A DNA stretch of 64,000 nt, from NCBI GenBank assembly GCA_951406725.2, contig OX597826.1:81344001-81408000 (forward strand). The letters are read 5' to 3'. Every line of letters begins with the position of its first letter. Position 1 is the first letter of the stretch. The position numbers and the translations under genes were made by a program. Source of the DNA: Octopus vulgaris. Lineage: Eukaryota. The notes under the pieces were generated by a model, which did not search any database, was not told the origin of the DNA, and saw nothing but the letters and a program-made list of their open reading frames with translations. Shown here piece after piece: positions 38,637 through 49,454 of the stretch.

Positions 38637-39032
38637 TTTGTTTCATTTCTACTGTAGGCACAGGGCCCAATATGTTTTGGGTGGGTGTCAGTCGATTAGA
38701 TCGAACAAGTACGCAACTGGTATTTAATTTATCGACCCCGAAAGGATGAGAGGCAAAGTGGACCTCGGCGGAATTTGAACGTAGGACATAAAGACAGATG
38801 AAATGCCTATTTCTTTCCTATCCACAAGGGGCTAAACACAGAGGGGACAAACAAGGACAGACGAACGGATTAAGTCGAGTATATCGACTCCAGTGCGTAA
38901 CTGGTACATATTTAATCGACCCTGAAAGGATGAAAGGCAAAGTGGACCTCGGCGGAATTTGAACTCAGAACGTAGCGGCAGACGAAATAGGGCTAAGCAT
39001 TTAGTGCTAACGTTTCTGCCAGCTGGCCGTCT
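38637..39032 (-). mobile_element. Heterodimeric SINE (copy at 56381-56776)
   Basis: 18-bp TSD TGTACGTAGAA(G/A)TAACTT at 38619-38636 and 39033-39050. Confidence 0.85.
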
Positions 39033-39158
39033 TGTACGTAGAAATAACTTAGAAAACTATGTATCCTGCTTTTAGGTGGAATGCTTGGTGCTTATAATGG
39101 AATGTTCAGTGCACCATTTAATAGAGTACACTACACATAAGTGAAGGAAAACTGCAAA

Positions 39159-39629
39159 CAAGAGAAATAATATCCTTAAGGTTATAAACCTGGAAGATTA
39201 CAAGACAAGTTATTACCCCTAAAAATAGTTGAGGACAGCTTATTACAGAACAGGAAAATTTTTACTTAAAATATTGCAGCCAAGGATAAAATTTCAAATA
39301 AAATATTTAGAATTCGAAATTTGCCTACCATATATACTATTCTATTTTGCATAAAACTTTAGCTATATTGATACTTCTGGCTCTCATTTTTTAAATATTC
39401 TAGTGTGTCAGTATTTTAACAAAATGATGATACCTCTTTTAATTATAATGTAAATTAAAATCAAATAATTTTAAATTTTCAAATTTTATCCTTAGCTGCA
39501 ATATTTTAAGTAAATATTTTCTTGCTCTGTATTTTACCAGATGTAATAACCTGTTCTGAACTTTTCCAAGTGTAATAACTTGTCCTGCAATTTTCCAGGT
39601 TTATAATCTTAAGAATATTATTTCTCTTG
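39159..39629. repeat. AT-rich long inverted repeat or MITE in the intron (copy at 56903-57373)
   Basis: CAAGAGAAATAATATCCTTAAGGTTATAAACCTGGAA.. pairs with ..TTCCAGGTTTATAATCTTAAGAATATTATTTCTCTTG; inner arms are also complementary. Confidence 0.8.
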
Positions 39630-40170
39630 CTCAAATTTTCCCATGTAATCCACGTTTTTTCCATGCTGTGCTGTTATGCTAATTAATAACGTGTCAATTA
39701 GTGGTGTCGTTGATAATTTTTCCTTACCCCAATAACATCGGTGACGTATATTAAAAGTCCCCTTATAGGACTATATTCATAGAAAGTATAGAACTATACT
39801 ATCACCCTCAAATTGCAGAAACAAACACTCTTTACCTTTTTCATTTAAAACTTCATTGCATGAGATTGATACCTTGAAGCTCCTTGAATCGATCTCTATC
39901 AATTAAGCCTAATTAAAATATAGTCTGTTTATAAAATTTAATAGTTAATTATACTACAGTGTTGCTATAAGTTTTGATGTAAACTTTTTTCTACTGGATC
40001 AAATCTCAATGATTTTTATGCCAAGATGTAGCTAGGGACCAGCCCTCTTCAAAAATGGTAACAGTTTTCAGTTCAGTTAAGAACCGAATTAACAACAAGC
40101 TCTGAAAAATGCTGCATGGGAGCAAACTGTGGCTTTCCCAATATTATTCAATTACTACTGTAGTTGAATG

Positions 40171-40203
<33 letters not shown>

Positions 40204-40744
40204 TATATGCACAGTATTATAGAGATACGCTGGAGGAGTTCATTCGTTCTAGTCAAGGTTTCACTTGTACAATTTATAAGTATAGCAATAACATTGATGC
40301 TGTTTATGTATCCTTGAAAGCTTATACTGTTTTCCTTCTTATTTCAGAATCAAAGCTGAAACTGGCATCAACATTTTTGTTTATCATACAACAGAAGCAT
40401 CAACAATATTTATCATCTTTTAAAGACAAAAAATGTTATACTGAACAAATATGACCATTTTCACATAAATTTAATGAATGATGGTTGAAAGATTTCCCCT
40501 GGGTAAGATTATTAGCAACAGTTGTGTGTGTCATTCCCTGGAATGAGTACAATACAATTCTGCATTGAAAATATATGAAGATCGATTTATGAAGCACTTT
40601 GCATCCAGATGATGGACTTGTAGCAGAAGGAATGTTTGTTAGAAATAAATTATAGAAAGGAAAACAGCAAACATAATATATTGTGGTGAGAGAAGGAAGA
40701 ATTATTATTCAATGAGTTAAGTTTTATTTCTTGGTTCTAAAAAG

Positions 40745-41860
40745 ATGGCAAAAAGCTTAGCAAAGTCTTCATATGAATGTGATGTCTGTAAAAAGTCATT
40801 AAGTTCAAGATGTAAACTAACTGCTCATGTACGTATTCATACAGGGGAGAAACCATATCACTGTGTTATCTGTGGTAAAATGTTCTGTAGATCTGATGAA
40901 TTAACTATTCATATACGTCTTCATACAGGAGAGAAACCATATCAGTGTGATATCTGTGGTCACTCGTTCATTCGTAAAGATATTTTAACTACACACAGAC
41001 GTATTCACACAGGAGAGAAACCATATCAGTGTGATATGTGCAGTAAATCATTTGCTAAAAGTACTAATTTAACTGATCACAAACGCATTCATACTGGAGA
41101 AAGACCATACCATTGTGATATCTGCGGTAAATCATTCAATCAAAATAACCAGTTAGTTAAACACAAACGCATTCATACAGGAGAAAAGCCTTATCAATGT
41201 GATACCTGTGACAAAGCATTCTCTCGTAATGCTGAGTTAATTGCTCACAAACACATTCATACAGGAGAAAAACCTTATCAATGTGATATCTGTGGTAAAT
41301 CATTCCGTCAAAATAACAAGTTAATTAAACACAAATGTATTCATACTGGAGAAAAGCGATTTCATTGTGATGTTTGTGGAAAAGCATTCTCTCAGAGTAC
41401 GACTGTAAAAATGCACAAACGTATTCATACCAGAGAAAAACCATATCACTGTGATATCTGTGAGAAATCATTCATTCGAAGTAATGATTTAGAGGTCCAT
41501 AAGCGCATTCATTCTGGAGAAAAACCATATCATTGTGATATCTGTGGTAAATCGTACGCACAAAGTAGTGCCTTAAATTATCATAAACACATCCATACTG
41601 GAGAGGCACCATATCAGTGTAATATCTGCGGTAAATCATTCCCTACAAATAATTCCCTGAGTGGTCATAAACGTATTCATACTGGGGAAACACCGTATCA
41701 TTGTGATATCTGTGGTAAATCTTTCTCTCAAAGTACTGCTGTAACTGTCCATAAACGTATTCATACAGGAGAGAAGCCATATCATTGTGATATCTGTGGT
41801 AAATCATTCAATCAAAATAACCACTTAATTAAACACAAACGTATTCATACAGGAGAATAG
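40745..41860 (+). CDS. C2H2 zinc-finger gene 5, 371 aa, 13 fingers, ending at TAG in a linker
   Basis: ORF ends HTGE*. Confidence 0.88.
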   Translation: MAKSLAKSSYECDVCKKSLSSRCKLTAHVRIHTGEKPYHCVICGKMFCRSDELTIHIRLHTGEKPYQCDICGHSFIRKDILTTHRRIHTGEKPYQCDMCSKSFAKSTNLTDHKRIHTGERPYHCDICGKSFNQNNQLVKHKRIHTGEKPYQCDTCDKAFSRNAELIAHKHIHTGEKPYQCDICGKSFRQNNKLIKHKCIHTGEKRFHCDVCGKAFSQSTTVKMHKRIHTREKPYHCDICEKSFIRSNDLEVHKRIHSGEKPYHCDICGKSYAQSSALNYHKHIHTGEAPYQCNICGKSFPTNNSLSGHKRIHTGETPYHCDICGKSFSQSTAVTVHKRIHTGEKPYHCDICGKSFNQNNHLIKHKRIHTGE

Positions 41861-42476
41861 CCCTATCACTGTGATATCTGTGACAAATCATTCTCTCGTA
41901 ATGATGAGTTAATTGCTCACAAACATGTTCATACAGGAGAGAAACCATGTTGCTGTAATATCTGTGATAAGTTGTTCCCTGTAAATAATGCCTTGACTCT
42001 ACACAAACGTATTCATATTAAAAGAAAGTGATATACTTGTGGTAAAGTGTTTGTTCAAAGTTTTGGTTTACAGGGACATAAAATCATTCATTCTAGAGAA
42101 ATTCTATATCGTGGTATTTGTGGCAAAGCATTTTGGCAAAGTCCTTGTGTGACTGTACACAAACGCATTCATACAAGAGAAAAGCCATCATTCCGTCAAA
42201 GAGATACTTTGCACGATCACAAACGTATTCATACTGGAGAAAAACCAGATGAATATGATGTCTGTGGTAAATCATTTATTCCGAGTAACCATTGAAAGGG
42301 ACATAACCATATTGATAGTGGAGAAAATGCCTAGCATTGTGATATCTTTGGCACGTCATTCTCTTACCGTAAGCAGTTCACTGAGCACAAATATATTCAT
42401 ATCAGTGCAATATGTCTGTGGTGAGTCCTTCTCTCAACAGCATGATTTAGCTCTTCATTTCTGTATTCCTCTATGA
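41861..42476 (+). pseudogene. Post-stop finger tail of gene 5 (two in-frame fingers to TGA 42029-42031, then decayed)
   Basis: [24 protein letters not shown]...; frameshifted remnants end HFCIPL*. Confidence 0.8.
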
Positions 42477-43555
42477 GAGAAAGAAGTACCTTGTGCAAGT
42501 TAAGAGGCTAAAACATCTCTCAACTGTAAGCATTCATATCTATGTCTGATACTAAATAAGAAGGAACAAACAATTCATAAAATATAGTATTTCATTAATC
42601 TATACTATAAGACAAGTATATCATGTGCTCATCTGGTTTGTGGGTACACTTTCTCTGTATGTTGTGTATATTCTTTCAGGTGTACTATCTTGATTATTGG
42701 TTTATCCTTATTGTATTTTATCAAGAGACCAATTCTGTTGTTGGTAATGTCTGTAATTTAAACTATGGCATGGTTCCTTCAGGTGTTTACGGTGAAAACT
42801 AATGTTAATTTGTCATTGTCGTATTAAACTTTGCATAAAAACGAAATTGGTGGAGCAATTTTTTTGAATTATCATCATCAGTGATTTTTCTATGTCCATT
42901 GACGATGCTGGAATGTGTTGGACCACATCATCATCATCATCAGTTCTGGATGATGATTTTTATCTCAAGCATTTTGTCATTTCAAGTGTGAATTCCAGAG
43001 TTCTCACTGCAACAGTCTCTTTGTATTTTCATATTAATTTGAACTCTAAATAAAAATGGTTTACTCTGAAATTATTCTCTTTTTATTTTTCAATAAGCAA
43101 GTGTTGTTTGCACGTTTTCTAAACTGGTTTTCACCGACTGTTTACTTTAAAGCCATTTAATTTATTGACACTGTTTGATACAAGGTGTGATCTGATGTTA
43201 CAAGGAAGTGAATGAGATGTAAATAATTGGATGATATTGTAGATGAAATGGTGATGACGGTGGCTTTGTAGTGGTGATGCAGTGAGTTGGTTGATGAGAG
43301 CCAAGTGAGAGGCTGTCTAAGGACAAGATATTTCCCCATTCTCAGATAATATTGGTTTCAAATTTTGGCACAATGCCAGCAAATTCAGGGAATGGTACTT
43401 TTCTTATTGACCTTAATTGGTGAGAGCAAAGTTGACTTTGGTGGAGATTGAACCCTGAACATAAAGGCAGATGAAATGTTTGCTGAGCATTTCATCTGAT
43501 GTACTTATCATTCTTCCAGGTCACAGCCTTCAAATATTGTCAGATAATATTAAAA

Positions 43556-44150
43556 TGTGTGTTCCCAGAAGAAGACCAGCATGGAAAAGAAGGGTCTGGA
43601 AGCTGAAGGATCTTGTGAATGAACAAAGATTGTGAGATGTATTAAAGTTTTTGATAAAAAAGAGGAGGATATACCATCACAATTTGCAAGACAACTGGAG
43701 GTTCCTATGAGGCGACCTGTTGAGGGCTGTTGACCAGATCTGCGGATGGTGCAAAGTCTGCTCTCAACCTAAGGTAACACGGTGGCAGAACAATGTAGTT
43801 GACAGGGTTATTAGGGAAAAGAAACAAGCATGGTGGCAGGGAACTGTATCAGATTGCTGGAAGGGGAGCTAGGTGACCACCAATGTTGTGTGTCATGAGG
43901 ACCAGAGACTTGAAGTGTTTCGTGTTGCCAGACTGTGTGTGAAAGAGAATTGTGATTTCATAGGAGAGAAATGTGTCTGCATAGATGATGGTTCACTTGC
44001 GTTTAATGATGCTGTGAAGTGAGGGACTTGGAGACTATGAAAGGTTGCTAAATGAAGAAATATCAAGCCAACAGAGGGAGCAGCTATTCAAATTGACAGT
44101 ACTTTGATAGATAAAGCAATTAAGGGTCTGAAGACAAGGAAAATCCCCAA
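43556..44150 (+). mobile_element. Old RTE remnant (longer paralogs at 50714-51722 and 61372-62390)
   Basis: RRVWKLKD, CVCIDDGSLAF, IDKAIKGLK..IPNDW. Confidence 0.75.
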
Positions 44151-44409
44151 CAGGAAATCACTATTTTCTCTCACACACTGTCTAGCAATGTATGTATGAA
44201 TGTATGTGTGTGTGTATAGATATATATATATATAAGTTATAAAATGAGATAGGGGTTGAAAATTCAACCCACTATGGGATAACATATATCCAATATACTG
44301 CTAGAGAGGTACCCAACAAGACTAATACATAAATGTTAAAAATTGCCATGCAATTAATTCATATACTGTATTATGTGGGCAAGGGTAAAAATATTACCGT
44401 AAATTAATA

Positions 44410-44748
44410 ATACAAAATGAGAAAATGGAGAAACATACTTAAATCAATCAAACATCAACCATCAGATAATACCCAATCAATACTTTATTACACCATTACA
44501 TAACAGCAAAGGCATTATACAAAATATATTGTAACTATAATTAGACAAGGAAATAGAAATATAAAATACAATTACAAATGTAAATGTAATTGTATTTTAT
44601 ATTTCTATTTCCTTGTCTAATTATAGTTACAATATATTTTGTATAATGCCTTTGCTGTTATGTAATGGTGTAATAAAGTATTGATTGGGTATCATCTGAT
44701 GGTTGATGTTTGATTGATTTAAGTATGTCTCTCCATTTTCTAATTTTG

Positions 44749-44751
<3 letters not shown>
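44410..44751. repeat. Near-perfect 342-bp palindrome (167-bp arms, 8-nt loop)
   Basis: Arms 44410-44576 and 44585-44751; about 3 mismatches by eye. Confidence 0.92.
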
Positions 44752-44781
<30 letters not shown>

Positions 44782-44941
44782 GTATGCATATATATATATA
44801 TGTGTATGTATGTATATATATATATGTGTATGTATGTATATATATATATGTGTATGTATGTATGTATATATATGTGTATGTATGTATGTATATATATATA
44901 TGTGTATGTATGTATGAATGTATATGCATGTAGCTAACTAG

Positions 44942-44987
<46 letters not shown>

Positions 44988-44988
<1 letters not shown>

Positions 44989-45385
44989 TATATATAAAAG
45001 TCAAGTTGTGTGTCTGTCTGTCTCCTACGATTTAGATTCCTAACTACTCCCACATTTTGCTGTGCAGTTTAACCAAATTCGGGTATCTTATAGTCGAGAT
45101 TCATATCGAGCCCTTCTGGGTATTAGCGCGCGTCTACGATGAGTCTACGATTTAAAAAATAATTTACCACCATTTTTTTCCATTTTAATTTATTTTTTCG
45201 CTATTATATAAGGGAAGTAACTCTCTAAAAATGTCTATGATGAATCAACGATTTTAAAAAAATTTACCATCATTGTTTTCCCATTTTTAATGCAATGTTT
45301 TGCTATCTTTTGGCTATAACTCTCTAAAAATGCTCTTATAGTTGTTTCCCTTACAAACCCGAGCAACGCCGGGCGATACTGCTAG
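44988..45385 (+). mobile_element. Non-autonomous Helitron
   Basis: 3' hairpin CCCGAGCAACGCCGGG, then CTAG|T; absent at the paralogous site near 37410. Confidence 0.75.
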
Positions 45386-45788
45386 TACATATATATATAA
45401 GCATTCGTCGAAAACCATGTGGGATGGAGTAGAAGTAGTATATGTGAAGGGAGAAGAGAGAAAATAGTAATTCAGTGAAGGAGAAGTAGTGACAGAAAGT
45501 AATAGCAATGAGGGAGGCGTAGTGGCAGAGCGCATGTAGTTGCCGTATCGTCTGTTTTTCTCCGTCACAACATAGGAATGAGAAAGGAAAGGGTGACAGC
45601 TGAATGACAAAGGAAGGGGTGAAAGAGTGTGTGTGTGTGTGCAATGGCCATGTCCATTGTTTAATGCTGTGTAAAAAGTTACCTGTTTCACTAATTATCT
45701 CGCAACTTAATTTTTAATTACTTTTTAATATTACCATATTGAACGATTTACGGCAAATTTTGTTTTTCTATTTACGAAAATATTTCTT

Positions 45789-45900
45789 CGGATTCTGTTA
45801 CTTCCGCCCAGAATCTACCAAAATCATTTCCAGCCAAGAACTTTCTCTCGTCTGAATCGAATTTATCCAAGAAATTATAAAGCTACGAGGAAAAGTAAGT
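45789..45900 (+). promoter_or_regulatory. Promoter/non-coding exon 1 of ZNF gene 6; donor 45895-45900
   Basis: Conserved motif plus GTAAGT; acceptor AG 47516-47517. Confidence 0.65.
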
Positions 45901-46396
45901 ATTTATAGTGTTTAAATGGATATAAAATATTTTGAGGACGGATCTTCGGAATAACTCTTTGGGGCAATGAAAAGAGCAAAGAATCGGGAAGGTTTTTGTC
46001 TTCGTCATTTCAATATTTTACGATTCTCCGCCAAAATTTCGATCAGAATCAGAATTTCCTTTCTATCAAACACAGAAATACGAGGAAAAAGTGCGCTGGC
46101 TTTCGAAATAGCTGTCGCAAATAAAAGGGAATTGCTCCAACTTCGTGTATTTCCGTCGTCAGGTTTATAACTTCGTTAACTTCCGTCTTATCTGCTCTGT
46201 CATACTGTTTGAACTTTATAAATAAATATATTCTTGCAGTGTATGTATATGTGGCTATATGTCTGACTAATGTGTGTGTGTCTGTATTTATTGTATGTGT
46301 GTATAAGTAGTTATATGCTTATATTATCCATTATAGTAATATTTGTCTGTTGAAATCCGTTTTAAGGCGGTCAATAGTTTAATTAAAGATGTGTCT

Positions 46397-46438
<42 letters not shown>

Positions 46439-46573
46439 GTGTATATATATATGTATACACATGTATATATACACATGTATATATATATATATACATATAT
46501 AGACACATCTTATACACACACAATAAATATAGGCACACACATTATTCAATTACTACTGTAGTTGAATGATATA

Positions 46574-46926
46574 TCATCATCATCATCATTTACCGTCCGT
46601 TCTCCATGCTAGCATGGGTTGGACGGTTCAACTGGGGTCTGTGAAGATGGAAGGCTTCATCAGGCCCAGTCAGATCTGGCAGTGTTTCTACGGCTGGATG
46701 CCCTTCCTAACGCCAACCACTCCGTGAGTGTAGTGGGTGCTTTTTACGTGCCACCTGCACAGGTGACAGACAGAGCTGGCAAACGGCCACGAACGGATGG
46801 TGCTTTTACGTGTCACCGGCACGGGGCCAGGCAAGGCTGGCAACGGACATGAACGGATGGTGCTTTTACGTGCCACCAACACGGGGGCCAGACAGAGCTG
46901 GCAAACGGCCACGAAACGGATGGTGT

Positions 46927-46928
<2 letters not shown>
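46574..46928 (-). mobile_element. RTE 3' tail in the intron of gene 6
   Basis: (CAT)n plus 3' UTR repeats, inserted in a TA tract. Confidence 0.82.
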
Positions 46929-46964
<36 letters not shown>

Positions 46965-47915
46965 CCATAATATATTATGGATGTACAAAGTATAGTCCTG
47001 CATGCCATAATAGACAATTAAAAGGGTTTGTATCAGAAAACTCCTAGAGCCAAAACATTTTGACAGTAGAGAAAAACTGACATGAAAGTGATATATCAAC
47101 ATGTCTAGAATATTATAACCTTTTTTTTTTTTTGTTCGTCTTAATGTCCAAGGATTGAGGCAGATTTTCTATTGTCTGCAACCTTCACTTGTTTCCAAGT
47201 AAGGTAAAGCTGTCCCTTCACTGGTCATGTTCGCAGAAGACTGGAAACAAACGACACTTGTTGCATGATCCTGTGACTCTTGCTTCCAGCCATCAGGCAA
47301 CACGAAGCCAAGCAGGCAGTTATCTTTTTAGGATATGATGTATTGTTAAAATATATTTATTTCTCTGCTCTGTTATATTTGTAAACTGATAGAGATACGC
47401 TGGAGGAGTTCATTCGTTCTAGTCAAGGTTTCACTTGTACAATTTATAAGTATAGCAATAACATTGATGCTGTTTATGTATCCTTGAAAGCTTATACTGT
47501 TTTCCTTCTTATTTCAGAATCAAAGCTGGAACTGGCATCAACATTTTTGCTTTATCATACAACAGAAGCATCAACAATATTTATCATCTTTTAAAGACAA
47601 AAAATGTTATACTGAACAAATCTGACCATTTTCGTATAAATTTAATGAATTATGGTTGAAAGATTTCCCCTGGGTAAGATTATTAGCAACAGTTGTGTGT
47701 GTCATTCCCTGGAATGAGTACAATACAATTCTGCATTGAAAATATATGAAGATCGATTTATGAAGCACTTTGCATCCAGATGATGGACTTGTAGCAGAAG
47801 GAATGTTTGTTAGAAATAAATTATAGAAAGGAAAACAGCAAACATAATATATTGTGGTGAGAGAAGGAAGAATTATTATTCAATGAGTTAACTGTTATTT
47901 CTTGGTTCTAAAAAG

Positions 47916-49031
47916 ATGGCAAAAAGCTTAGCAAAGTCTTCTTACGAATGTGATGTCTGTAAAAAGTCATTAAGTTCAAGAGGTACACTAACTGCTCATG
48001 TACGTATTCATACAGGAGAGAAACCATATCACTGTGTTATCTGTGGTAAAAGATTCACTAGAACAGATGACTTGACTGTTCATGTACGTGCTCATACAGG
48101 AGAGAAGCCATATCAGTGTGATATCTGTGGTCAGTCGTTCACTCGTACAGATATTTTAACCACACACAAACGTATTCACACAGGAGAGAAACCATATCAA
48201 TGTGATATGTGCAGTAAATCATTCGCTAAAAGTACCAACTTAACTGATCACAAACGCATTCATACTGGAGAAAGACCATACCATTGTGATATCTGCGGTA
48301 AATCATTCAATCAAAATAACCAGTTAGTTAAACACAAACGCATTCATACAGGAGAAAAGCCTTATCAATGTGATACCTGTGACAAAGCATTCTCTCGTAA
48401 TGCTGAGTTAATTGCTCACAAATACATTCATACAGGAGAAAAACCTTATCAGTGTGATATCTGTGGTAAATCATTCCGTCAAAATAACAAGTTAATTAAA
48501 CACAAATGTATTCATACTGGAGAAAAACGATTTCATTGTGATGTTTGTGGAAAAGCATTCTCTCAGAGTACGGATGTGAAAATGCACAAACGTATTCATA
48601 CCAGAGAAAAACCATATCACTGTGATATCTGTGGTAAATCATTCATTCGAAGTAATGATTTAGAGGTCCATAAGCGCTTTCATACTGGAGAAAAACCACA
48701 TCATTGTGATATCTGTGGTAAATCATTCACACGAAGTAGTGCCTTAAATTCTCATAAACGCATCCATACTGGAGAGGCACCATATCAGTGTAATATCTGC
48801 GGTAAATCATTCCCTACAAATAATTCCTTGAGTGGTCATAAACGTATTCATACTGGGGAAACACCGTATCATTGTGATATCTGTGGTAAATCTTTCTCTC
48901 AAAGTACTGCTGTAACTGTACATAAACGTATTCATACAGGAGAGAAGCCATATCACTGTGATATCTGTGGTAAATCATTCAGTCGAAATAACCACTTAAC
49001 TAGACACAAACGTATTCATACAGGAGAATAG
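47916..49031 (+). CDS. C2H2 zinc-finger gene 6, 371 aa, 13 fingers, TAG in a linker
   Basis: ORF ends HTGE*; two in-frame fingers to TGA 49200-49202; decayed tail to 49635. Confidence 0.88.
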   Translation: MAKSLAKSSYECDVCKKSLSSRGTLTAHVRIHTGEKPYHCVICGKRFTRTDDLTVHVRAHTGEKPYQCDICGQSFTRTDILTTHKRIHTGEKPYQCDMCSKSFAKSTNLTDHKRIHTGERPYHCDICGKSFNQNNQLVKHKRIHTGEKPYQCDTCDKAFSRNAELIAHKYIHTGEKPYQCDICGKSFRQNNKLIKHKCIHTGEKRFHCDVCGKAFSQSTDVKMHKRIHTREKPYHCDICGKSFIRSNDLEVHKRFHTGEKPHHCDICGKSFTRSSALNSHKRIHTGEAPYQCNICGKSFPTNNSLSGHKRIHTGETPYHCDICGKSFSQSTAVTVHKRIHTGEKPYHCDICGKSFSRNNHLTRHKRIHTGE

Positions 49032-49316
49032 CCCTATCACTGTGATATCTGTGACAAATCATTCTCTCGTAATGATGAGTTAATTGCTCACAAACATATT
49101 CATACAGGAGAGAAACCATGTTGCTGTAATATCTGTGATAAGTTGTTCCCTGTAAATAATGCCTTGACTCTACACAAACGTATTCATATTAGAGGAAAGT
49201 GATATATTTGTGGTAAAGTGTTTGTTCAAAGTTTTGATTTACAGGGACATAAAATCATAGAGAAATTCTATATCATGGTATTTGTGGCAAAGCATTTTGG
49301 CAAAGTCCTTGTGTGA

Positions 49317-49454
<138 letters not shown>

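Noticed and set aside
44627-44937. His/Tyr/Ile-rich ORFs
   Set aside because: Translations of TA/TATG microsatellites.
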